DNA from: Balanoglossus misakiensis
Taxonomy: Eukaryota; Animalia; Hemichordata
Reading direction: 5' to 3'
Assembly (NCBI GenBank): GCA_040954595.2
Contig: CM082591.2
Coordinates: 5,735,009-5,799,008 of the forward strand
DNA length: 64,000 nucleotides
The first letter of the stretch is position 1. Each line of letters begins with the position of its first letter. The notes beneath the pieces are model-generated. The model did no database searches and had not been told where the DNA came from. It worked only from the letters and a program-made list of their open reading frames with translations. A program made the position numbers and the translations under genes. Shown here piece after piece: positions 30,201 to 42,452 of the stretch.

Positions 30201-31109
30201 TTGCGCACCTCGCGCGTCACGGACTGTACATTCTTCAATCTGGTCTGCTTTTCCAATCTCCCAACTCTCTCCTATTTCCTGTCCGCCCGTCCGTTCATAT
30301 GCCCGTCTGTCCCTGCATGTGTCTCTCCGGGCCCACTTTCTCCCTCCCTCCCCTCTCTTCTCTCTGTCCCCATATGTCCCTCCCTCATCTCTCTCTCCAA
30401 ACGACACGAGCTAGTGAAAGTTCCCTTGATCCTCACACACTACAGTACATCACAGACAATACATGTACTAGCTCTAATCAATGTTACCCAACAAGTTAAG
30501 TCGATTACGTAGTTAGTTAGGCGAAGACAATAGCATTTAGCACACAGGGGAGGTGATAATGGTGGATTAAGATAATTAATCAGCATGGGTAAGTAACACG
30601 TTAACACGTAATAAAAGAGCCTGTTGTTCTTTGGCTGACGCCCAATTTGTAACAGTTAAGCCGATTATAAATAATTACACTTGAAATCTGATATATTGTT
30701 AGACTGCGTTTTCTGCGTCCAGCCATGGTCCAGTCCAATGTACTGTAATTTTACACCCGATGATTTCGACACACGATGTATATAGTGAAAACTCCGATAT
30801 AGATTGAAAGTTATGTTTTGACACACACTGTCAACAGGTGGTTATGACGTGAAAAGGGCTGCAGCAAGAAAAACACGATGGACTACAGTGTGAAAGCAAA
30901 ATATTCCATTCTTTTAGATTCGCGAAGCGTCTCTTCAGGTGATCTGTACTGAAACTGATAGCTTAGTTTTGAAGGGCAGAGTATGAGAAGCGAACCGCTG
31001 CGATTCGGGTAAACTGCAGGTACCATTTGCAGCCAACAGAATTCAAAACCCTCACTGGGGGCGCTATAACGTCCGCACATCTTCGAAACCCATTTATGAA
31101 GGGCCAGTA

Positions 31110-33043
31110 CCAGACTTGCTCCAAGTCTATGAGCTTCGTTATTTCATAATAACCAGCCCCGAATTCGAAACTCAGCTCAGTACCAGAAACTCGCCCAAAG
31201 CTAGCAATTACACGAAAAGTATTGAGAATCTTTATAGAGACATATAATTCCAAAGCGGCTAGTGGGCGAGTCTAGGTTAGTAACGTTGCCGAGAAACAAA
31301 CGCAGAGCCGGCGCCATTGTTTTTCCTCGAGTAATAAAAGATAAAAAACGTACTAAGCTGGGCGCTTAGCATCATTGTGATGGTAGAGAGAGCCAACACA
31401 GATCAAACATTCACAAGAAATAAAAGAAGACGAGATAGACAAATCAGTGCTCTAATTATGCTTTATTGGCTGCAAATACTGCTAGCTGTTATCCCAAAAT
31501 CACCATGCAAACGTATGCATTTTAACGCTATTCGTGACACGAAAAGTAACAATAACTATACCCAGTACCCTAATGAGTTTTCTAGTATCAGTGTTCTTAT
31601 ACATGCAGAGACTGATTCATAGAGGAAGTTTCACAAATACGTTCGACGTGAAGGGCTTATTCTTCGGTCACAGTGCGGAGAGACATCCAGAGTTGACATG
31701 ATTGGTGTTGTTGTCAGTGTTGTTTTTGTCACCGCTGCACGTCTAATCATTCTGCAAATAACAAGTACATGTACATATAAGTGATTTATGAAATAATCAA
31801 TTCACTCACCCACTCACCCACTCACTCATTCATTCACTCGCTCGCTCGCTCGCCCATTCATTCATTCATTCATTCATTCATTCGTCCATTCATTCATTCA
31901 TTCATTCGTTCGTTCGTTCGTTCGTTCGTTCGTTCGTTCATTCATTCATTCATTCATTCATTCATTCATTCATTCATTCATTCATTCATTCATTCATTCA
32001 TTCTTGGCTACCAAAAGAAACTATCGCTCTAATCCAACCGCATTTGATAATTTTGTAATTCTTTTATAGTTTAATTATTATTATCGTCATTCTTGAGGTC
32101 AGTCTTTCTGAAATTTCTGAAACAATACGTACCACGTCCTCAGAACACTTCCAGTTCACACAAAGCAATCCTTCGCACGTTATCGCCTTCTTTCTGCATT
32201 GTGACATTTCTGCCAAAGACTGGACCGGGAGAGCAGTAAACCGTTATTTCATTGTAAGCTTCACCACCAGGTATATAGTCAGCACATACTTCTCCGTCAA
32301 CCAATATCTTGGAATTTGAGTTTTTACCTGAATGTAAAGGAGGTGAAGATGTTTACAAAGATAGGGCCTAAGTCAAATATAGGAAAATAGTATTGAACAC
32401 TATCTTAAAGAGGTCCTATTAACTCAGTGCACATGTGCTTTGATCCAAATTTGAATAATACCATTTCGCGGAGAAAAATATATCACTGTACACTTGGATA
32501 ACCAGATTGGTACAAATAACATTAATAAGTAGTTTTGACAGCTATAGGCCTAAAGAAGAATATATTGAAAAACAGTGCAATAGCCAATTGTAGCCTACTG
32601 CAATTTTTTTCAGGACAAACTCATTTTCAGAACTCCACGAGACTATATCAGATCTCGCGTGGTTAGGCAGTGTATATGGGAGGACGCCCTCTTTTGATAT
32701 TCCTTGCTGTACTTACATCCGTAATTGTCACATTCCGTCGGGTGTATCAGTTTCACGCCTTCAATGAGGTACGCGCGTCCTAAATCAACCTGGAATCCAG
32801 GTTGAACGACCATCTCACCAGAATCGGCGCAAGTATTTATATCGCCATCGACAAGGAACGGGTAGGTGTCTTCTGTAGATCCGGTCAAGTGAATTCCCCG
32901 AACAGTTTTACCATTGGCCAAGTTCTCTGAATCTGTAAGTTTCCATATTAGGCTTTAGATCGTCTCATGCGCATGCGCCTAATTTCGTGGGTGCGAGCGA
33001 GATTCGCCGCCATCTTGTCCGTTGTTAGGACAACGCATTGCCT
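31110..33043 (-). repeat. Segmental duplication copy A (last two lectin coding exons plus 3'UTR exon)
   Basis: Near-identical to 37252-38890; about 3 substitutions in each coding exon by eye; shared (TTCA)n tract. Confidence 0.95.
31801..32003. repeat. Compound (CTCA/TTCA/TTCG)n microsatellite
   Basis: Direct reading; shorter paralog at 37951-38055. Confidence 0.95.
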
Positions 33044-35028
33044 TATTAGTGCGGTATGGTATGTCGAGAAAAACAGTTCCCTTAGGATTTTTGTGCTAAA
33101 ATTGATTTTTTTGCTGTTTTGGCTTCTATGGGGACCCAACTACCCGAAAAATTTTAAGGGCCCCTCCATCATATTTTTCTGGGGGGTACTTCCGTTTTGT
33201 GGTATGATGTGTAATCCCGTAGGATAGGCCGTGTTGTTGGTCCTTATCTCATGATTATTCCCTGCCATATAAATTGGCTAACCACGCGAGATCTCGCAGA
33301 GATCTCGTAAATGCTCCATCACATCTCTGTTCATCGCTTTACACCGTTGTTCCTGAATAGGTTACTAGACGTCAGTATTTGTTTGTCTTGTCAACTACAT
33401 GTATGTTGAACGTCACCAGAGAAGCTGTGGCAAATACCAAACCGTGAAAACATAATTATCAGAATTGTTTGTTTTTGGCAGTATACTCAACGGTATATTT
33501 GCTTAACCTAATAGCCAATAACGTTACATCTTTCCCTCTTCATGTAATAGGCATGTGCATACACCATTGGCCTGATGAAAATCAAAGAACTCCGGCAAAG
33601 GGCCCAAGATAGACTTGGTATGTTTCAGTTTAATTAATTCAGGATAAAATTGTGAGTTCTTCCTCGGGAAGCCAGTGATGTAACCACAGCCAAGCATCAT
33701 GACTATGCATATTTTATTCATTGTATGAACTCATTTGCAAATATTCCAAACATGTATCAGTAAAGTTGAAATTTCAATTCTCAGTTTGTTCTACCTTCGT
33801 AATTTTATCAATTGTTTTTGGAAGCACACCAACGGAAAATTCAAACAATACACAATTTCGATCAGTTGGATCATAGGTCACTTTGAAATTTTGGGAGCAA
33901 TTCGATTAAAACCCGCAATATGTACATGGATCACAAAATTGATAACTTGCATTGTTGGGGTGAGATGAACTAAACAAAAAAAATGTGCATGGGAGGTCTA
34001 TGGGTTTGCAATATATGCTTAAATTTCATCAATTTGAAATCATTGCGGCCATCTTAAATCGACACACGGCAACTAAATAACATATATTAATGCATACAAG
34101 AAAATGTGTTTCTATAAAATGGCTGCTACTCACTTTTGTAGTCGATGCATTCTGAGCATGAGCAGTGAGCTGCTGTATTACCACACAAACTTTCAGGTGA
34201 ACAGCATGGATGTATACTATCTGGGTCACACTGTGCAGGACTGCCATCAGGAAGGGGGAAATTGGGTCCACATCGACCGTCGCCTCGCCATTTATTGTCT
34301 AAGTGACAATGTATACAAAGAAACAACTGAAATGTGAGCTGCATGAACGTCCATGATGAGACGGAAGTAGTGAATAAACGAAAATTTGCCGCCGCAACAA
34401 CAGATCATTTGGAAGTACACCAACGGAAAATTCAAACAATACACAATTTCGATCAGTTAGATCATAGGTCACTTCGAAATTTTGGGAGCGATTCGATTAA
34501 ATCCCGCAGATATGTACATTGATCACAACATTGATACACTCTGATCATTTTGACCATGGCAATACTTTTGGTATGTTTAATTAGAAAAGGAGATTATGTT
34601 ATCAATTACCTGGATCCGATGGTTGTGTTGTATGCAATGGCATGAGCGTTGTCTCGGGATTTCCAACGGACTGTATCTTTCCACAAAGGCCGAACATTTC
34701 ACCTTAAGAAGGAATCAACATATGCATGTACTCAAATTGCCGAACTCGGTTAGTATGAATATATACGAATATTTATAAGTTAACGTGTGATTAAAGATGT
34801 TTGGATATTTCGAAGAGCAATACATTTTTACCCGCCTGCAAGAAAACTTGATAAAGGGAAGAAATTAAATTGTTGTTCTCTATTAAACCGTGATTGAGAT
34901 GGACCAAAAATACATACAAAAAATACAAAATAGTCCAACCGCAGCACCACCACCAGCGAGTATCAGCCCCGCGGTGAGAAGGACTCCGATGATAACCTTC
35001 CGCCGCCGTTTTTGGCCCGTCTTGACAT
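32140..35028 (-). CDS. Chimeric type II membrane protein: signal anchor + hevein/chitin-binding-type-1-like Cys-rich module + one F-type lectin/F5-8C-like domain (possible 1-nt frameshift near start)
   Basis: Phase-compatible GT-AG exons: 35028(ATG)-34918 (RRRKVIIGVLLTAGLILAGGGAAVGLFCIF), 34298-34134 (NKWRGDGRCGPNFPLPDGSPAQCDPDSIHPCCSPESLCGNTAAHCSCSECIDYK), 32932-32717 (SENLANGKTVRG...FQVDLGRAYLIEGVKL), 32327-32140 (...GRNVTMQKEGDNVRRIALCELEVF*). The ATG is one base out of frame at the A5 run 35009-35013. AATAAA on the minus strand near 31465. Confidence 0.78.
33817..34536. repeat. About 128-bp direct repeats (33817-33944, 34408-34536) flanking the hevein-like exon
   Basis: tttggaag(c/t)acaccaacggaaaattcaaacaatacacaatttcgatcag...attgata occurs twice, 591 bp apart. 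Confidence 0.9.
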
Positions 35029-35299
35029 CGGTCTGTGAAGCAAACCAAATATATATATTGTGACGGAAGCCCGGACGTTCCCGCCTTTGAAAACCGGTAG
35101 CGCAGACGGACCAGCTCTCTCCACACACGGCGGTCGGAACTCGCCGGAAAGCAAACGTCTCGTCGAAGATATCGGCCCACACCGAACTGCTACGGCGAAC
35201 ACGACTTAGATCTCGCGATCGGTGACCCGGGGCTGGCTATCCGGTAGGGATTAAACCGGACTAATCAGGAAACGTTGCACAGAGCCGAAACTTGGGGCT

Positions 35300-35416
35300 A
35301 ACACGTGACCCAGAACGCACTTCTGATTGGTGTAGAACCCACGAAGGGCAAGATGGGGAAACCCCTCCATCCGTGTCACTCATACAAGACAGCCCAGTAA
35401 CGGTCACCATGGCAAC
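35300..35416 (-). promoter_or_regulatory. Putative promoter of chimeric lectin gene: X-box, kB, CCAAT, E-box
   Basis: Minus-strand order: GTTGCCATGGTGAC (RFX X-box), GGGGTTTCCCC (35365-35355), CCAATCA, CACGTG, about 270-390 bp upstream of ATG 35028. Confidence 0.5.
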
Positions 35417-35491
35417 ACCACCACGAAAGTGAAGCCATACAAAACACCATGCAGAATAATAAATCACATGGAATAGCAATTCAATTACAAT

Positions 35492-35616
35492 AGGGAGAGA
35501 AGGAGGGAGAGAGAGGATTGAGAGGGGAGAGAGAGAGAGAGAGAGAGACAGGGGGAGGAGAGACAGAGAGAGAGAGGGGAGGGAGAGAGAGAAAGAAGAG
35601 AGAGAGGAGGGAGAGA
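35492..35616. repeat. GA-rich simple repeat
   Basis: Direct reading. Confidence 0.93.
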
Positions 35617-37251
35617 TTATGCGTGTCGCTCGGCAACACTTGGTTTGAAAGGCGGTCGTCGTCTAGTCTGCGGCTGTTGGTATGGGTCGCATGTGACACA
35701 CTTTCTAGCAGTACTTTTCTTACATGGGCGTACATTCTGCTACAGTGTCCAAATTGAAAGCAATATGTTTGGCACTTTGGTATTACAGTGTACATCACGG
35801 CAAACAATTTGTCGATTAGTCATCACATTCCAAGTTCATTTGATAAACATTTTGGTTAGCAAGGTCTCCCTGAACAGTGGCAACAAGACATGAACATGAC
35901 AGCTATAACATGAAAGGAATCCACACTCTGAGGTCTTATCACAAGCCCAATGTGGTCTAAACATTATGCATCACTGTATACATGTAGACAAAAGTTGTCT
36001 CAACATTGAATAACTGGGTAGCGATCATAAATTGATTCCCTGAATGTTCATTCTTGTCCGTTGTACACGATGTAGAGATTGAGTACAGTGTACAAGTATT
36101 TTAGCATGTTTCAAGCAGTAAAACACCATGAAAAGCTTTTCATTTTAAACAAAATTCTCTTTAAGGTTGAAATTACTCGTGATGACTCTTTTGCTCCGAC
36201 TGAATTAGCTTGACGTAAGCTATTAAATTCTTTCAGAAATTGTTTTGACTGAACGACGAAAACTGCCTTATTAATACTGCACAATTGTTTACAAGACATT
36301 TCTCAAGTTTGGACTTACCATCAGGTCGACGTCGTCCTAAATCCGAAGACAGCTGTTTGTTTACCACGGCGAAAAACTACATATCAAACATTCATATCAT
36401 GCAGTTATTACAGCCAGATGGTAAGCGGCTACAATTCTACGTTTCAAGTCCATAATCGCCCTTTCCCCTTACCTTATCCCTAAATGGTGCCACTTTATTG
36501 TTTTTCATCTCGGAGGTGAAATAGCTTCAGTTTCGTCCCCTTCCTTTCTATCACAGTGCTTCACTTTCGAGGACCGTCTCTGACTTGGGTCGACGTCGGC
36601 AAGTCTCGCGAAATCAAACAAGTGAATCTAGTTTTGTTCTCTGTTCTCAAAGTGACACGCAGCACATTTTGAATATTGCAAAGACTTGGAAAGTTTTGAG
36701 GGCTATGATGTTTATTGTCACCGACGGTTTTGTGATACCACTTTGAACACAGAAAAAATAACTTTGGGCAGAAAAACGTAGCCAGGCAACACAAATTTAG
36801 TTTAGAATGGTAGAAAATGTTCATTTGTTCAGGTAAAATTATCTTAGTGGGAACCGATGGAACTCTATTCACTATTTTAAGAAGGAACATAGCCCAGCGT
36901 GTCTTATTTCAATTGAGATTACTGCCATGTGTTGGGTAGAATGTATGCATAATACATATAGCCTTTCCTAAGGTAATTGAATAGTTTAAATATAATCCGC
37001 TCCGACGACTAAGAGGATTGAAGGTGTACCGGTTCATTATTTTCCACTTTGTTCTTAGGTTATAGCTTCACACCATTCAAGAAGGTTTGCTTTCATGGGA
37101 CCACATGGTTTGAAAGGGCTGACGGCCGCTGTCTCTGAAAAGCCAAAGGTCATTGACGGCGCCCTCTTGTGAGAGGCAAGCTTATCGTTCGACGAAGTAC
37201 AAAAGCGCCCGGCGCAAGCATTCACAAAGCGCTTTGTGCGTCGAACGCACC

Positions 37252-38890
37252 CCAGACTTGCTCCAAGTCAATGAGCTGATTTATTTCATAATAACCAGCC
37301 CCGAATTCGAAACTCAGCTCAGTACCAGAAACTCGCCCAAAGCTAGCAATTACACGAATAGTATTGAGAATCTTTATAAAGACATAGAATTCGATTCCAA
37401 AGCGGCTAGTGGGCGAGTCTAGGTTAGTAACGTTGCCGAGAAACAAACTCAGAGCCGGCACCACTGTTTTTCCTGGAGTAATAAAAGATAAAAAACGACT
37501 CTTGGCATCATTGTGATGGTAGTGAGAGCCTACACAGATCAAACATTCACAAGAAATAAAAGAAGACGTGATAAACAAATCAGTACTCTAATTATGCTTT
37601 ATTGGCTACAAATACTGTTAGCTGTTATCCCAAAGTCACCATGCAATGATAAAACCAAACTTATGCATTTTAACGCTATTCGTGACACGAAAAGTAACAA
37701 CAACTATACCCAGTACTTTAATGAGTTTTCTAGTATCAGTGCTCTTATACATGCAGAGATTGATTCATAAAGGAATTTTCACAAATACGTTTGACGTGAA
37801 TGGCTTATTCTTCGGTCACAGTGCGGAGAGACATCCAGAGTTGACATGATTGGTGTTGTTGTTGTTGTTGTATTTGTCACCGTTGCGCGTCTGCTCATTC
37901 TGCAAATAACAACAAGTACATGTACATATAAGTGATTTATGAATTAATCAATTCATTCACTCACTCACTCACTCATTCATTCACTCGCTCGCTCGCCCAC
38001 TCACTCACTCATTCATTCATTCATTCATTCATTCATTCATTCATTCATTCATTCATGGCTACCAAAAGAACCCAGAGTGAAACTATCGCTCTAATCCAAT
38101 TCTTTTATTGTTTAATTATTATTATCGTCATTCTTGAGGTCAGTCTTTCTGAAATTTCTGAAATAATACGTACCACGTCCTCAGAACACTTCCAGTTCAC
38201 ACAAAGCAATCCTTCGCATGTTATCGCCTTCTTTCTGCATTGTGACATTCCTGCCAAAGACTGGACCGGGAGAGCAGTAAACCGTTATTTCATTGTAAGC
38301 TTCACCACCAGGTATATAGTCAGCACATACTTCTCCGTCAACCAATATCTTGGACTTTGAGTTTTTACCTGAATGTAAAGGAGGTGGAGATGTTTACAAA
38401 GATAAGTCAAATATAGGAAAATAAATAACATAAATAAGTAGTTTTGACAGCTATAAAGAAGAACATATTGATAAGTGCAATTGCCATTTTCAGAAATCCA
38501 CGAGACTATAACAGATCTCGCGTGGTTAGGCTGTGTGTATGAGAGGACGCCCTCTTTTGATATTCCTTGCTGTACTTACATCCGTAATTGTCACATTCCG
38601 TCGGGTGTATCAGTTTCACGCCTTCGATGAGGTACGCGCGTCCTAAATCAACCTGGAATCCAGGTTGAACGACCATCTCACCAGAATCGGCGCAAGTATT
38701 TATATCGCCATCGACAAGGAACGGGTAGGTGTCTTCTGTAGATCCGGTCAAGTGAATTCCTCGAACAGTTTTACCACTGGCCAAGTTCTCTGAATCTGTA
38801 AGTTTCCATATTAGGCTTTAGATCGTCTCATGCGCATGCGCGTAATTTCGTGGCCGCCATCTTGTCCGTTGTTAGGACAGCGCATTGCCT
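37252..38890 (-). repeat. Segmental duplication copy B
   Basis: Near-identical to 31110-33043 apart from intronic indels. Confidence 0.95.
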
Positions 38891-40187
38891 CATGGGATTG
38901 ACTGTTAGCAACTTCTGTAACCATAGGCTACGGTTTGAAACATGCGCATGTGACGATCGCCCTTCCAGTGTACATTTAGTTTGATAATATATATTATGTT
39001 TAATTTTTTGTTTATAATTACAAGCGAATGTATATTCATGCGTATTACTTCGATTAGACAATGCGCTAAAACGGGAATTGTGGTAAATATACTTACATTG
39101 TTCCGGAGTATCAGAGAATTTGAAGAAGAAAAACAAAGAAACTGGTTTACCTACTTATATATATTGATCGTTGCGATTAATATTTTGAATTTGAAAAAAA
39201 AGTCACACATCGTGTTTGGTATATATGACTTATCAACTCTATTACGTTAACAAGCAGTACTTCTTTACTACCTATACTGCTGTCAGTTTAAAATGCCGAT
39301 ACGTCCACACTCTAGTTTTTTTAGTTAGGTGGGTCTCCATGGCAACGAGAGTCAATCCATGCGCACCAAAATCTCTACTGAAATAAATACACAATAATTT
39401 GCAGTCGTGACGTACCACGCTCTCCAAAAACTTCGAATTCACAGATCGTTATCCTTCGTGGGTTTGTCCCTTCCTTCTGTAGTGTGATATTTCTCCCAGA
39501 CATTGGTGTCGTACACGACAGATCAATAACTTTGTTTGTTGCACCACTAGGTATAGAGTCAGTACACACTTCTCCGTCAACAAAAATCGCAGCATTTCTG
39601 TTTAGACCTGAGTGGAGAAAAAATTGTAAGTGTTGTGTCAAGTTCAGTCTGACTTTGATAATTCCATGCCCATAGTTTTTTTTTTTGTAATTGCACAAGT
39701 TATAGGCCTATATGACGAGATTGTTTTTTTTTTCTGCATGAATAACAATGTAGTAACATGATGTTCACCGTCTTGTTTTCATGAAATTCGCTACTTTAAG
39801 TTTTCTCCACAGACTTAACCCAGAGATTGGCGGCCATATTGAATTTCGAATTTGAGACATTTTGCCCATAATTTTGCTCTGTAATTCAGTTTTTCAAGTT
39901 GACCCCCAATTTTAAACGAAAATAATCTAAAGTTGTCTGGAGAAAAATCCGAGAGAAATTTGAAGACGTTGATTTCCGAGGCGCCCTCTAACATAATGCC
40001 AAGGCGTTCGTTAATATATAAGGTCAAAGGCATTATGCTGAGAAAATATGTACATGTACAAGTATAGGTTACACTTGTATGAAAAACTTTATTTTGAACA
40101 CTGAGAATACAGTCGGGACAGTATACGGATCATTCGTTCACGTATAGGCAACATGATCATGAAAGCAACACACAGTTATCTGAACAG

Positions 40188-40230
<43 letters not shown>

Positions 40231-40357
40231 ATGAATGAATGAATGAATGAATGAATGAATGAATGAATGAATGAATGAATGAATAAATAAACAAACAAAC
40301 AAACAAATAAATAAATAAATAAATAAATAAATAAGTAAATAAATAAAAAAATAAATA

Positions 40358-40404
<47 letters not shown>

Positions 40405-40407
40405 ATA

Positions 40408-40462
<55 letters not shown>

Positions 40463-41426
40463 ATATTGCTTAAGAGAACACTTACATCCATATGATTCAC
40501 ATTCGGCGGGAAATGTCAACCTGATCCCTTCAATGACGTATAAAGCTCCTAAATCAATCTCGATTCCAGGACGAACGACCGGATCGCCAGAATCGGCGCA
40601 AGTACTTGTGTCGCCATCGACGAGGAACGGGTAGGTGTGCTCGTGGGTTCCGGGCAAGCTAATTCCTCGAACGGCTTTATTCAAAGCCACATTTCCTGTC
40701 CCCGTAGCTGTAAGTTAGCATTTAGAATCCAGAACTTAAGTCTATTACATGTCCCATTAATTAATGTTGCGCATGTACCATTTGAAGGCATTTTTATGTA
40801 CATGTAAAGCGGAATATAAAAGAATATACAATGAGGGTGGTTGGGGAAATGATTTGCGATAGAATCTCTACAACGCTGTTTCGTGAGTGACTGAAAGCAC
40901 TCATCAGAGAGAGTGAGAGAGACAGAGAGAGAGAGAGAGAAAGAGAGACAGAGAGTGAGAGAGACAGACAGAGAGACGTAGACAGAAGGAGAAAGAGAGA
41001 GATTAAGACAAGGAGAGACAGAGAGAGACAGAGGGGAGAGGGATAGAGACAGATAGAAAGTGGGAGAGAGACTGACAGAGAGAGGGGAGAGATGAGAGAA
41101 AGAGCAGAACAGGGAGCAGAGAGTGAGAGACAGAGCGAGGGCCAGACATACAGACAGAGAGGGCAGAGGGGAGAGAGAGGGGGAGAGAGTGAGCGAGAGA
41201 GATACAGGGAGAGCGAGAGTGAGGGAGAGAAAGCAGAGAGTGAGACAGTGAGAGCAGAGAGAGAGATGCATTTGAAAAACAAAAGGGAGGCAGTAATTTT
41301 GAATGTGACAACCACACGCTACAATTCGGTAGTCTTAATTCACCACTCTCCAGTGATACAAGCTTATGACATACCTTCTGTGACTCCAATGTAGAATCCC
41401 AATGTTATCAATGCGATGACTTTCAT
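38181..41426 (-). CDS. Secreted protein with two tandem F-type lectin (fucolectin/F5-8C)-like domains, 289 aa
   Basis: Exons 41426-41375 (signal peptide MKVIALITLGFYIGVTE), 40707-40486, 39607-39416, 38795-38580, 38368-38181. All introns are phase 1 GT-AG; total 870 nt, open. Hallmarks: NVALNK, LVDGD, IDLG, GRNITL, ICEFEVFG/LCELEVF. Likely 5'UTR exon ending at 42216 and 3'UTR exon near 37900-37600. Confidence 0.88.
40188..40464. repeat. (AAAT/GAAT/AAAC)n microsatellite in lectin intron
   Basis: Direct reading. Confidence 0.97.
40905..41266. repeat. Degenerate (GA)n tract in lectin intron
   Basis: Direct reading. Confidence 0.95.
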
Positions 41427-42414
41427 TGTTTCAATTCTTGGAAAATATAGTAGATTTCAGACCACAAAAAATCCCGAATGCGACGTGGGGCTGAATTAAA
41501 TGATAAAGCTATTATTATAATATTTTTTTACGATAATAATATACCTTCAAATTAGACCTGTAAGAGACTATGTTAAATCAAGTTTAATAATATCAAAAAT
41601 GTTGGTAATTATAACATCAGAAGTTGGACATATCATTTAAGATGTTACATACAATCCTTTAGCATCAGTTTAAGTGGTTAGATGTATGTCGATTTTATTC
41701 ATTAAATGGCGAGAAAATATCTCTTGCCGAATTGTTTTGTTATAAACATATCATATGCCTTTTCGAGGTTACGGCTTTATTAAATTGTGTCAATTTTATA
41801 TATATATATATTTTTTTTGGGGGGGGGGTGAATATTATGTAGTGACTAGTGTGGAGTTTAATCTATTATGTCAAAATAAAGAATAAGCGTCGCATTTATT
41901 TTAATCGGTCTAAATATGGCTCCGTGTCGACATGTTATTTTATAAAATAATATTTTAGTTTATTTTCGCTAAATTTGATCTAATGTTGATTTTAGTAAAC
42001 ATTATTCTTATATACATGAGATTTCAACAACAAATTCCTTATCATCCAAACTGGGTTTGCACATCATGGCATCCGTTGTGCAATGCCCGAAAATTTAAAA
42101 CCTTTGAGCAAGGTTCCGAGTACATAAGCTTCTTGCCGGGAATATTGATGTCGTAGTTTTTTATAATATAAGGATATAACTCTGCAACTTTCCTGAGTGA
42201 TCAAGATGTACTTACCTATATGCAGTATTCTTCTTCGAGTGGGCACTGAGTTGATTCGACTGAAAATGGATGAGTCTGGGCTGTCTTTTAAAGCTAAAAT
42301 ATAAATCGTCAGTTTCCTGAGTACGTTGTTATGCAAAATATCTGAATTTATGACAGTTTTGCGTGATACACATACAAAACAATTTCTATAGTTTGGCTCT
42401 TGTATGTTTGCTGC

Positions 42415-42452
<38 letters not shown>

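Noticed and set aside
32140-32142. Conserved in-frame TGA as selenocysteine or readthrough
   Set aside because: It aligns to Gly, not Cys, at the natural domain end; the next exon stops immediately in that frame; no SECIS seen.
40138-41394. Long low-complexity ORFs (IYLF, SL, ER repeats), and similar at 46540-46841, 51421-51672 and 59299-59567
   Set aside because: Translations of intronic microsatellites.
42216-42294. Extra coding exon for the secreted lectin
   Set aside because: The signal-peptide ATG is downstream at 41426, so this is more likely a 5'UTR exon.
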